From Macrostomum lignano (lineage: Eukaryota), in the NCBI GenBank assembly GCA_002269645.1, contig NIVC01004330.1, positions 1-50,271 of the forward strand: 50,271 nt of DNA. The letters are read 5' to 3'. The notes beneath the pieces are model-generated. The model saw only the letters and a program-made list of their open reading frames with translations, did not search any database and was not told where the DNA came from. Of the stretch, positions 22,333-34,500 are shown piece by piece. The translations under genes and the position numbers were made by a program. Every line of letters starts with the position of its first letter. Position 1 is the stretch's first letter.

Positions 22333-24302
22333 GATGCTCCATCTCGTGGCCTCGCTGACACGAGCACGCTGGTCTCGCTCAAAAACAAGTGCGCTACAGA
22401 CACGTGCGGCGGCCGCAGCTGTTGATGAAGCGTGAGGGTGAAACCATGAACTCTCTACTCACCCCCAGCAACTCCATTCGCAAAATACAAGTACCCATTT
22501 AGACTAAGATTAGGGCAAAGCATGCCTGCGGCATTATAATATTGGTGAAGCCTTAAACACGAGATTTCATTTTAGTGCTGTTTACGAGCATCGTGTGCAA
22601 TTAATTCACTCCGAGTTGTGGCAGGCTTAGAAGATACAATAGAAATGTCTAGTCTTCTCTATACTAGTAGCTACTTCTATCTAGCCTAATTTATCTCTCT
22701 GAACTACGTAATGTGCAGATACAATATCATGTATTAATTAGTTGACTCATTTGGATGAGATTGTACAACTGTACATGTAGTAGGGTTTCGTGTTGTACAT
22801 GTAATTTTGGGGCGCGCGTGGGCCGTCTGGGGATTAATGTGACACTGTACATGTAGATGTGGATTAATGTAGAAGTATGTACTTTGTACATATAGAATTG
22901 GGTATAGACATGGACAATTTGGGATAGATAAGGATTAATGTACATGGAATTAATGTACATATATGAGTACATGGATTAATGTACATATACGACTACATAT
23001 TGAAGTATATCACGCTTAGGATATCGTTTTCATGTACTACTTACTTCATTTTCAGATAGTAGTATAATTTGCGTTTTTTGCGTCAAAATTCTGAAAACCC
23101 TGCTCTATCTGCACATTACGTAGTCTCAGAAAGCTGGGCGCTTTTATCTTTGCTTTGACATTCCAATTCAATGCTCCAGAGCCATTAAAATTGTGAGCCT
23201 CAGGCATTTGCAGTGGGCAGCAGGGAGCAGCATATGGTTGTATCTGCGGACGAGAGACCAAATGGATAATTCCATGCATTTGGCGGGTCTGCACAGTTGC
23301 ACGTGCTGCACTTAGCTGTCGTCCAGGCCTTACGTGTTGTTCGCTCTAAAGCGTGCCTTTTTTAAACAAAGTGTAGAAACAGTTATCATTTCTTAGAAAC
23401 TCTAGTTTTAAAATTACGCGAAAATTATATGTTTGTTTTAATTTGCAAAATATTTTCGAGTTGGAAAATTTGTTATAAATATACGCGATTTTTTGTATAA
23501 ATAGGGGCAAATTTTAGGGAAAAAAAGATAACTTGTTCGCAGCTTGCACTCGTTCGCTTGCTAACGAAGCTTCAAAGCTTATAAGCTTCAAAACGTGTTC
23601 ACTAAAAATCGCTCTTAGATTCCTTAAATCATTTTACAGTAAGAGATTCCAAGAAGCATTCAGAGAAATTCGGGAGTACATGCAAAGAGAGTATATGTTT
23701 AGAGTAGACGCCGTGGCCCTCTAATCTCGGTAACGCCCAGACTGGAGAATAGTACGTGTACCAGTAAGACCGCTCAGGCCAAGAGTACATAGACGCTACC
23801 AGACTTATACTTAGAACGCTACCAGAACGCTACCAGACTCACACGAAGAAAAAGTAGAACAATAGGGTTAATTAAATAGAAAGTTAGACCTGCAACAACT
23901 TTGGTGCCATTAGTAGAATTATTTATTAAGACAGAAGCAACCCCTGCGACAACTTTGGGGTATTATTAAGAGGGAAGTAAGCCCTAGGACAAAAGTAACG
24001 AGGAATCACGGAAACACGGTGTTTTTTCAATGTCATCTATTGAAGTTTACGCATAAGTGAGTAGATAATCTGAAAATGATATTGAATCTACCGGGAATGA
24101 CGTAATCAACCCCTCCTGAATTCAGCAGAAGAATAAGCAGTTATTTCTAACTACTGGCACCGGCGGTCGTTGCGCTTCTCATTTGCGACTGAAGGCTACT
24201 TGGTGCTGAGCTCAAATTCGGGCTTCTGCTGCCTTTGAACTTCTTTAAAATGAGAACTCAAAATTATCTGCTATGCCTGACACTGCATGACTGCATTGTC
24301 GC

Positions 24303-24488
24303 TTGGAGTGCCTGTCTTGTTGGAGTGCCTGTCTTGTTGGAGTGCCTGTCTTGTTGGAGTGCCTGTCTTGTTGGAGTGCCTGTCTTGTTGGAGTGCCTGT
24401 CTTGTTGGAGTGCCTGTCTTGTTGGAGTGCCTGTTTGTTGGAGTGCCTGTCTTGTTGGAGTGCCTGTCTTGTTGGAGTGCCTGTTTGT
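24303..24488. repeat. Minisatellite, 17-bp unit TTGGAGTGCCTGTCTTG (~11 copies)
   Basis: Directly visible tandem array without spacers. Confidence 0.95.
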
Positions 24489-25153
24489 TTCTAATGGGCC
24501 AATTTTTTACTTTATGCTTATAATTTTGTAACTGTTGCAGTTTCTATTGCTCTCCTGATTTATTTGATAGCTAGCAATATTTTTACACAGTTAAAGCGTA
24601 ACGGGTACATTTTCAAGTATTCTGAAATTCAAGATTCAGTTGGCATGTCATGCGGTTTATCAACTGACAAAGCATAGTAAAATTTAAATATAAAGGACTG
24701 AATGTTCACATCCACACATGTGTTTCCTCACACTTCTGCTAATAGAAGTTCACGCTGATGAACTGGTGGATTCGCCACTGCAAGTTTGTCGCTCGTAGGT
24801 AAGCGCCAACTTGTTCATGACTGAAACCAGCAGCTGTTGGTTTTCACCATGCCGCAAATATTGTGCTAGCGAATATTTCTAAGCCAAAATGGCTAATATT
24901 GTACAACAGAAAACCAGCCAGGGACCACTGCCACTGCTGTCAATCTAAAAGCAAAGCACGAAGTACGAGCTATGCTTCAGAAAATTTGCAGAAGTATCTC
25001 GAAACTGTCTCCGAATACATGGAAGCAACTACGTTCACGGTTCAGTATATTTTATTATCGAACCGAAATTTAATTCGTAATGTTGGTACCCAATTAGATT
25101 ATGTTCTTTTCAATAATTCATAAACGTGCACTCAATTTTCAAGGCAGTTTCCT

Positions 25154-26621
25154 TCAAAACTTTGAGAAGAATTCCGTCACCATGTTCATAACCTTCTCAA
25201 AAAACATCAGACCAACGTGCGTGAACCAGGAAAAGTCGGACCCCAGACTGGACATTTTCAAAATGAACGGCAGATAGTCAGTCGACCCATTGTTGGGCTG
25301 CGGCCGGATCTGCAGCAGGTGGCACATCAGACCGTAGATGTCCACCTGGCGGAAACTTTTTCGTCTGTTGCCGTCAATAAGGAAATTGTGATTGAAACTG
25401 GGCCCAACGGCGAACATCGGCACCCGCATGTCGCTGTAGCTGTTGTCGAAGCCGTGGTGACCGGCACTTACTGGCTTGGTATCCTTGCTGGTCAGCACCA
25501 GGTATCCCTGGTCGGGCAGCACGAGCACCTCTGGCGTCCTGCGGTTTTTGGCGTAGTGGAATCGCTCCGGCAGACTGTCCTTGTCGAACACGCGCATGGA
25601 CAGGTTGCGCTGGCGCACCTGGTTGTTGAGGTACTCCACCAGCTGCTTCCGCTTACCCGGCTTGGCATTCATGGCCAGCAGCGGTCCGCTGTCCAGGACT
25701 CGGTCTACGAGCTCGTCCATGCTGCTGTTCAGGTGGATCACCTTGTCAGGCGTCATGCCCATCATGCCTGAAATGTTTTAAAACAGACGCACGATAAAGC
25801 CTGATCATATTTTTTAGATTCGAAAAATATATTTTTATCGGTGTCTAAATTACCTACGAATATGACCAATGGTTTTCTAAAGATGGTTTCTGTCCAGAAA
25901 AAAGATGGCTCTCACCGTGGTCAGACACGATCAGGACGTTGACTTTATCTGAGAATTTCTTCGCTTTGAGACCTTCGAATAGCGAGCGGATAGTGTCGTC
26001 AACTTTCTTTAGGGCCTCTCGGACCTGCTTTGACTTTGGACCAAACTTATGACCAGAACTGTCGGGCTCATTTAGGTACATTGTGGCCATCTGCACGTCC
26101 TTCTCGGTGATCCACTCCAGCACGGTGCTCACCCGGGTCTCAAAGCTCACACTTCCGCTGTAGTTGAACCAGTAGTCCTGACGAACGCCCTTGAACGAGA
26201 CCTCGCTGCCGGGCCAGAAGAACGTGGCCGACTTCAGTCCCTGCTTCTTCGCGTTGATCCAGATCGGCTCGGATGCGTTCCACCAGCGCTCATCTCGAGT
26301 GCCCTTGTTGAAGGAGGCGTTGAACAGCGGGTCGTACATGCTGTTGCCGACGATGCCGTGGCTCTCCTGGTAGAGTCCCGTGGCGATGGTCCAGTGGTTG
26401 GGGAAGGTCTTTGTGGCAAAGGCCGGCTTCATGGACTTGACGTGCACGCCCTGCTTGATGAGCGACCTCAGGAACTGCGTCTCGTTGGGGTACCAGTTGA
26501 GGTAGTCGTAGCGGAAGCCGTCGCAGGAGACCAGGACCAGCGGGTATCGGGCTGGGCTGGCCGCCGATGCGCAGGCAGCGGCGCAGAGCAGAGCGAGAGC
26601 GGCGAGGCCAATCGACTGCAT
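25154..26621 (-). CDS. ENPP-type phosphodiesterase, copy B; exons 26621-25916 and 25767-25154 (~439 aa; an upstream in-frame ATG at 26648 is possible)
   Basis: Same motifs and the same SDHG|M intron position as copy A, with EPDSSGHKFGP. Intron is 148 bp versus 812 bp in copy A. C-terminal tail differs. Confidence 0.92.
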
Positions 26622-28830
26622 TTCGAATCCGGCAGAGCAGAACACCATGGCTTTGAAATTATGCGTAGGTGAGTATTATATAGCGACCCTCAAGCGAGTC
26701 GGCTTCCATGAATCCATGCTGTAGCCATATCAGTTTTTGTTTGATTGCGAATTTGCGCAGCGCTTCTTCGATTCGACTGAAGGCAAAATGCGCATACAGC
26801 TATTCCTGTCAAGAATTTTTGCATTTGGGGATCTTTTCTACACAAATAATGTCTTGTGGAATGTGTTGAGCCTCATGAAAATTTGTGGCATGAGCTCTAT
26901 TCGTCAGTCCATGAGTTGCAAAATTTTCGATTTCCTATGGATACTAGACTCTTGGCGCTCATACCCCTTCGCAAATTCATTACGGGACAGAATTCATGCT
27001 CTGCTGTTTACTTTTTTTCTGCTTTTTGGAACGCGCCTTACGAGTATCTTCCTTGAATTGCACATTTAAACGACTTGTCTTTCGTCTGAGGAGCGAATTT
27101 AGCTGCGTGGTTGAATATTAAATGCTGCTTGACGTGTTTTTCTTCATTTTTGTCTGGTACATAAGCGTTGAAAAAAAACAGGGTAATAGTGAATTAAACT
27201 ACAGGCAGTTAAGATGTCTTCATTTTGACAGCCGTGGCAAATGTTTTTAGTAGATTTTTCACTTGCAGCACAAAAAAGCACCAAGCCAAACTGATTTCTT
27301 GGAGATGATTTTCAAACCAAAAACTCGTAGACTAGTCGTACCCGATAGCATTTTTCATATTGCTGTTGACCTTGTCTTTCGAAAGCTATCAATATTAAGC
27401 CAAGGCCATGCAAGCAAGGCTATAGGAGTCAACTAGCTCGTAGTCTATTGGTTGGAACAGACCATGATGGCCGTTTTTCTGCTGTAATTGATCAATCAAT
27501 AGCGCTCGCTCGATTTAGTCTGGCTACAAAATTCGGCGCTTTATCTTAATCTATTTTGGTTCTCAACTAGCAAACTCATTCGTTATAGAAACTCGATCCG
27601 CCCTCTCTGACTTTGCTGAGTCTCCTCTTCGATCGATCGAGATTTCAACTGTCCATGTGCCACTTTTCTGCTGTAGTCTCTGACACAACAGACGAGATCG
27701 TCTGGAAAGACACATGGCTGACTGAACCGTGACAGTAAAATGGTAGTTTAAAACCTGTTTAAAAGCGGGTTAATTTTTTTGACAGATCAGTTCCTCTTAT
27801 ATGACACATGTACTGTACATTTGTTTTACCAAGAATGCCAAGAATTACCATTTAGGCTCTACACTTTTTACTGCGAATACAGGTGTTGTACAGGTGTTGT
27901 ACATGTCTTCTTCTAATGCACACGAGAGGTTTTTTCAGAAGTTCTGACTTTTGCGCACGATTTACGAGTTCGATCTAATTTTTATGTGTCGGACCAAGTG
28001 CTTTACTCGTATTAAATAGAACCCGGCTCCCTCAGCCCGAGCGTCACGCCCTTAAGAACAGTTTCCAGCGGGCCAAGCCAACTATGGAGTTGACACACCC
28101 ATACCAACCAGCCCGGCTGCTACCAGATCCTAAAGGGCGGCTGAAGCGGCCTGCGGTGAACTCGGGCCATTCAGCTCAACGGCCTTCTAAGCCCTTGATC
28201 AAGGCTTGTCAGGCGGTAGCATAAAAATCAATCACGTAATGCTCAGGCAGCTCCAACTCCTGTCAGATAGTCACCCCAGCTTTAAGGTTGCATACGAGTT
28301 AGATTATGGTTACATAGGTTGCATATAGATCGCGAGGAGCAAGGACCACTAGTGAAACAGCTTGGGACGTAAAACTCAAGGATCGTGTATTTTAAAGAGG
28401 CAAACTTCCCGGAAAAGAAATACACTGCGGCGGAGATAGAAAAACTTTTTATAACATAATCTATGATTTAATTTGATCTGGGACAGTAGAGATTTCAATT
28501 CTTTAAATTTAAGGCCCTAGGCCTAGCAAGCTCAACATATTACTCTCTGTTGTATTTTAGATAGTTGTATAGTGAAAGTTTTATTATCTTCATGTTTTTT
28601 TATTTCATAAAACCCAAGCCAAAGTTGTAGTCACGCCCTTAAGTCACGCCCTTTGTCTACAATTGTAGACAAACAATTGGCACAAAAAAAATTTTGTTTC
28701 GTTCCTTTTTTAATTGAATCAAGTATATTTGTAATACATTTGTTGCATGCAGGTACTCTTAGCCTTAAGCAAAACCTTGGCTTTAAAATGAATAGCTTTC
28801 TAAAGACTATAAAAACAAGGGGTGCTGACC

Positions 28831-28925
28831 AGTTCGGCGACAAACTAATTCGGCGACAGAGATTCACAATGGACTAATTCGGCGAAAGCAAATTCGGCGA
28901 CAATCTAGGCAAATTCGGCAACAAT
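28831..28925. repeat. Five spaced copies of AATTCGGCGAC-like motif (possible subterminal repeats of a DNA transposon end)
   Basis: Motif copies near 28831, 28847, 28876, 28891 and 28912, separated by short variable linkers. No partner end seen. Confidence 0.4.
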
Positions 28926-29158
28926 TGCGTATGATTTGAATAATTCTTTTTGTAGAATGGTATTCTATAATGCAGGTTAACTTTCCCTTTTTAACTAAGT
29001 TTGTTTTATCTATCATTTATTCTTATCAGTGAGTTTTAAGTCCTTTCCAAGAAATGTTCCCGCGTTAATTTCAGGCTTGAGCGGCCGATCGTAAACAAAA
29101 ACCTTTGGGACTTGGAAAAAACGAGAAAAGTTATTTTAAACAAGTAGGCCCCTACTGG

Positions 29159-29336
29159 TAGGGGCATAGGGAGGGGGGTGTATCCGCCTGAAGAGCCTGA
29201 CCAAAACTTTTTTTGCCCTTTGTTGCTATACATGCTACCATGTGACTCTGTCATAGCACTTTTACCTTGGTGTATCCCCCCGTAGAAAATTCACCTTGGT
29301 ATACACCCCGTGGGAAATTCCTGGCCATGCCCCCTG
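29159..29336. mobile_element. hAT-type MITE (~178 bp)
   Basis: Flanked by a perfect 8-bp direct repeat CCTACTGG (29151-29158, 29337-29344). Imperfect TIRs TAGGGGCAT / CAGGGGGCAT. Inverted subterminal GGGGTGTAT / ATACACCCC motifs. Confidence 0.72.
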
Positions 29337-30530
29337 CCTACTGGCCTACCTAGGCCTATTATAAAAAATGAAATTGGTAGGCCTAGGCTAGGCTTAGCTT
29401 AACCATTGTCTACATATAAGTTATTTTATTTAGACTTATGCATGTCTAGGAATAGCTAATAATATGCATTTAAATACTTGATTCATAAAATAACAAAATA
29501 AATTGGTTGCTTAATAAAGTGTTTTAACAGGTCAAGCATAGGCCATAGATTAGGCCTTAAAGAAATTGGATAAATAAATAAGTTGTGATAGCAAGTATTT
29601 GTAAGGCAAAAAACACTACTTTTTGGCATTACAAAACTAGCCTATAAAAATTAAATAAAAAAGTTTGTTCTTTCTTTGCATCTTTGGTCATTGACATTGC
29701 CATTAATGTTAACAATGAATTTGTTATTAATTCACAAAATTATTAATGCTAATTCATTAATCTGTTAGTTCAAAAAATCTTAATGGTAGTCTATTATTAA
29801 TACTATAGTATTAATGTTAATGAAAAATCTTAACACTTATTAACGCTTATTAATAGACTGGTGCCTAACACTGCAAGTAGCCATTAGTAGTTGACTTAGA
29901 CCACCTAATTCTCTCTGATTAGGTAATACCTTACCCTTATATTATTTTGCTTTTTCTCATATTTAAGTAATTGTGCTACTTTGTATTTTTATCTTGGCCT
30001 TGCCCAATATTGTATAAGCTATCAAACTAATAGATCCAATTATGCCAAAATTTTGCATAGCCAAGCTACTACTTCTATAATTGCCTATTGGCATAGTAGC
30101 TATGGCTGATTTCCATTTCCAAAAAAATTTATCTATCATTAAAATTATACTAAAGCATAAGGCAAATATACTATTAGCAATTAGAGTATGCATTTCTATA
30201 ATTTTTATGCACAGATATTTATTAGAGCATAGGCCTAGTTTTTATATGCTAATATTCAGAAATTGTGTCACAATTGGGAAAAACAGTTGTCAATCAATCA
30301 CTTTGCCAATAGTGTAGACTTTGTTATGCATATTGCTCAATAGTCTATTGAATAGAAATGGCTATGCAAGTCTAATTAGTGGTACCTATACCACCATAAC
30401 ATACTCTAGTGATATGAATTTGGGCTATAAAATTTTATAGAGTTAATGTTTTCCAACTTCTTTTGTAAACACCAATAAATGCTAAAATATACTAGTAATA
30501 TTCAATTAATATTTATGGACATACTGAGCA

Positions 30531-31581
30531 ATGCCTCAGCCATTGCAGCAGCATACAGACCAAAACTGTGCCACAGCACTCTCACAGCCAGGCTTGTGGT
30601 TTTCTAAACCTACTGTTAATCCACTGAAATCTGATCTGAAGCTGGCCCCATGCACTAGTGAGCTGCAGCTCACTGCCGGCAAGTCCACTGCAGCCAAATC
30701 CAACAGTGCACCAACAGCCTCCTGCCACTGCTTCTTGGCTGAGATTTGCCAGCTGCACCCCAATTCTGTCTTCGACTGCAAGGATTTGGCCTTGTGAGCA
30801 TATTGAAGTGGCACAAGAGAGTAGATAGAGAGATTGTGATGGAAGGAGAGAGTAGATGGAGAGATGGTGATGGGAGGGAGAGAGAGAGTAGATGGAGAGA
30901 TTGTGATGGGAGGGAGAGAGAGTAGATGGAGAGATTGTGATGGGAGGAGAGAGTAGATGGAGAGATTGTGATGGGAGGAGAGAGTAGATGGAGAGATTGT
31001 GATGGGAGGGAGAGAGAGAGTAGATAGAGAGATGGGGACGGGAAGAGAGAGTAGATGGAGACATGGTGATGGGAGGGGAGTCATAGGGTGGTTGCCATCA
31101 CGCCAACACCCGCCCCGCCGCCCGCAGGCGCTCGGTGACTGTAGAGCTGGACGTGTCGCCCGGCTCCTGCAGGCAGGAGGCGTGGCAGCTGATAAACTCA
31201 GAGGTGGCCGCTGGCTGCACCCTCGCGTCCATCAACGCCAGCCGACTGTCCAGCGGCCGAGTGCTGGTCAGGCCGGAGCTGTCCGCCGTGCTGCCGCTGA
31301 CGCTGAGTCACGTGACCCACCTGTCCGACATCATCGCCGGCTGCTCGGTGCGGCTGTGCTGGCAGTGCCGCCACCGCAGGCGGGGAGGCCCCCTGCTGCG
31401 CTGCGCCCGCTGCCGCTACGCCCGGTACTGCCGGCCCGCCTGCCAGGCCGAGGACTGGCGCCGCCACCGTTTGGAGTGCGGCTCGGCCGTGCGCACCGTG
31501 GCCAGGCTGGTCTGCTTCAACTATGCCGGGCCTGAGCCGCCCTTCAACCCCTTCTATGCCTTTGTGTCTGACCTTGCCTGA
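30531..31581 (+). CDS. MYND zinc-finger protein; exons 30531-30793 and 31128-31581 (~238 aa)
   Basis: CWQC...CARCRYARYCRPACQAEDWRRHRLEC is a complete MYND finger. Upstream exon HCFLAEI...DCKDLA joins in phase 2 via a GTGAGC...CCGCAG intron. The start codon is tentative. Confidence 0.75.
30820..31075. repeat. Purine-rich intronic minisatellite (~28-34 bp, GAGAGAGTAGATGGAGAGATTGTGATGGGAGG)
   Basis: Tandem array filling the MYND gene intron. Confidence 0.9.
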
Positions 31582-34500
31582 CTATCCCTGCCGCCTGACC
31601 TGACTCTCCCTGCCGCCTGACTCTCCCTGCCGTCTGACTCTCCCTGCCGCCTGACCTGACTCTCCCTGCCGCCTGACCTGACTCTCCCTGCCGCCTGACC
31701 TGACTCTCCCTGCCGCCTGACCTGACTCTCCCTGCCGTCTGACTCTCCCTTTCGTCTGGCTCCCTGTCGTCTGACTCTGCCGCCTGACTCTCCCTGCCAC
31801 CTGACTCTCCCTGCCACCTGACTCCCTGCCACCCGACTCTCCCTGCCACCTGACTCCCTGCCACCCGACTCTCCCTGCCACCTGACTCCCTGCCACCCGA
31901 CTCTCCCTGCCACCTGACTCCCTGCCACCCGACTCTCCTGCCACCCGACTCTCCCTGCCACCTGACTCCCTGCCACCCGACTCTCCCTGCCACCTGACTC
32001 CCTGCCACCCGACTCTCCCTGCCACCTGACTCCCTGCCACCCGACTCTCCCTGCCACCCGACTCTCCTGCCACCTGACTCTCCCTGCCACCCGACTCTCC
32101 CTGCCACCTGACTCCCTGCCACCCGACTCTCCCTGCCACCTGACTCCCTGCCACCCGACTCTCCCTGCCACCTGACTCCCTGCCACCCGACTCTCCCTGC
32201 CACCTGACTCCCTGCCACCCGACTCTCCCTGCCGCCTGACCTGACTCTCCCTGCCACCTGACTCCCTGCCACCCGACTCTCCCTGCCACCCGACTCCCTG
32301 CCACCCGACTCTCCCTGCCACCTGACTCTCCTGCCACCCGACTCTCCCTGCCACCCGACTCTCCCTGCCACCTGACTCTCCCTGCCACCCGACTCTCCCT
32401 GCCACCTGACTCCCTGCCACCCGACTCTCCCTGCCACCCGACTCTCCCTGCCACCTGACTCCCTGCCACCCGACTCTCCCTGCCACCTGACTCCCTGCCA
32501 CCCGACTCTCCCTGCCGCCTGACCTGACTCTCCCTGCCGCCTGACTCTCCCTGCCGCCTGACCTGACTCTCCCTGCCGTCTGACTCTCCCTTTCGTCTGG
32601 CTCCCTGTCGTCTGACTCTGCCGCCTGACTCTCCCTGCCACCTGACTCTCCCTGCCACCCGACTCTCCCTGCCACCCGACTCTCCCTGCCACCTGACTCT
32701 CCCTGCCACCCGACTCTCCCTGCCACCCGACTCTCCCTGCCACCTGACTCTCCCTGCCACCCGACTCTCCCTGCCACCCGACTCTCCCTGCCACCTGACT
32801 CTCCTGCCACCTGACTCTCCCTGCCACCCGACTCTCCCTGCCGCCTGACCTGACTCTCCCTGCCGCCTGACCTGACTCTCCCTGCCGTCTGACTCTCCCT
32901 TTCGTCTGGCTCCCTGTCGTCTGACTCTGCCGCCTGACTCTCCCTGCCACCTGACTCTCCCTGCCACCCGACTCTCCCTGCCGCCTGACCTGACTCTCCC
33001 TGCCGCCTGACCTGACTCTCCCTGCCGTCTGACTCTCCTTTCGTCTGGCTCCCTGTCGTCTCACTCTGCCGCCTGACTCTCCCTGCCACCTGACTCTCCC
33101 TGCCACCCGACTCTCCCTGCCACCCGACTCTCCCTGCCACCTGACTCTCCCTGCCACCCGACTCTCCCTGCCACCTGACTCTCCCTGCCACCCGACTCTC
33201 CCTGCCACCCGACTCTCCCTGCCACCTGACTCTCCCTGCCACTCGACTCTCCCTGCCACCTGACTCCCTGCCACCCGACTCTCCCTGCCACCTGACTCTC
33301 CCTGCCACCTGACTCCCTGCCACCCGACTCTCCTGCCACCTGACTCCCTGCCACCCGACTCTCCCTGCCACCTGACTCCCTGCCACCCGACTCTCCCTGC
33401 CACCTGACTCTCTGCCACCCGACTCTCCCTGCCACCCGACTCTCCCTGCCACCTGACTCCCTGCCACCCGACTCTCCCTGCCACCTGACTCCCTGCCACC
33501 CGACTCTCCCTGCCACCTGACTCCCTGCCACCCGACTCTCCCTGCCACCTGACTCCCTGCCACCCGACTCTCCCTGCCACCTGACTCCCTGCCACCCGAC
33601 TCTCCCTGCCACCTGACTCCCTGCCACCCGACTCTCCCTGCCACCTGACTCCCTGCCACCCGACTCTCCCTGCCACCTGACTCCCTGCCACCCGACTCTC
33701 CCTGCCGCCTGACCTGACTCTCCCTGCCACCTGACTCCCTGCCACCCGACTCTCCCTGCCACCCGACTCCCTGCCACCCGACTCTCCCTGCCACCTGACT
33801 CTCCCTGCCACCCGACTCTCCCTGCCACCCGACTCTCCCTGCCACCTGACTCTCCCTGCCACCCGACTCTCCCTGCCACCTGACTCCCTGCCACCCGACT
33901 CTCCCTGCCACCCGACTCTCCCTGCCACCTGACTCCCTGCCACCCGACTCTCCCTGCCACCTGACTCCCTGCCACCCGACTCTCCCTGCCGCCTGACCTG
34001 ACTCTCCCTGCCGCCTGACTCTCCCTGCCGCCTGACCTGACTCTCCCTGCCGTCTGACTCTCCCTTTCGTCTGGCTCCCTGTCGTCTGACTCTGCCGCCT
34101 GACTCTCCCTGCCACCTGACTCTCCCTGCCACCCGACTCTCCCTGCCACCCGACTCTCCCTGCCACCTGACTCTCCCTGCCACCCGACTCTCCCTGCCAC
34201 CCGACTCTCCCTGCCACCTGACTCTCCCTGCCACCCGACTCTCCCTGCCACCCGACTCTCCCTGCCACCTGACTCTCCCTGCCACCTGACTCTCCCTGCC
34301 ACCCGACTCTCCCTGCCGCCTGACCTGACTCTCCCTGCCGCCTGACCTGACTCTCCCTGCCGTCTGACTCTCCCTTTCGTCTGGCTCCCTGTCGTCTGAC
34401 TCTGCCGCCTGACTCTCCCTGCCACCTGACTCTCCCTGCCACCCGACTCTCCCTGCCGCCTGACCTGACTCTCCCTGCCGCCTGACCTGACTCTCCCTGC

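Noticed and set aside
22800-23000. GGATTAATGTACAT-like short repeats upstream of the lectin gene
   Set aside because: Degenerate low-complexity AT-rich sequence; no supportable function.
24303-24488. CRISPR-like regular repeats (also the 32-bp array at 36.1 kb)
   Set aside because: Units are directly adjacent with no unique spacers, there are no cas genes, and the context is eukaryotic.
28020-28400. GC-richer island that might be a SINE or LTR fragment
   Set aside because: No A/B boxes, TSD, polyA tail or TG...CA ends identified.
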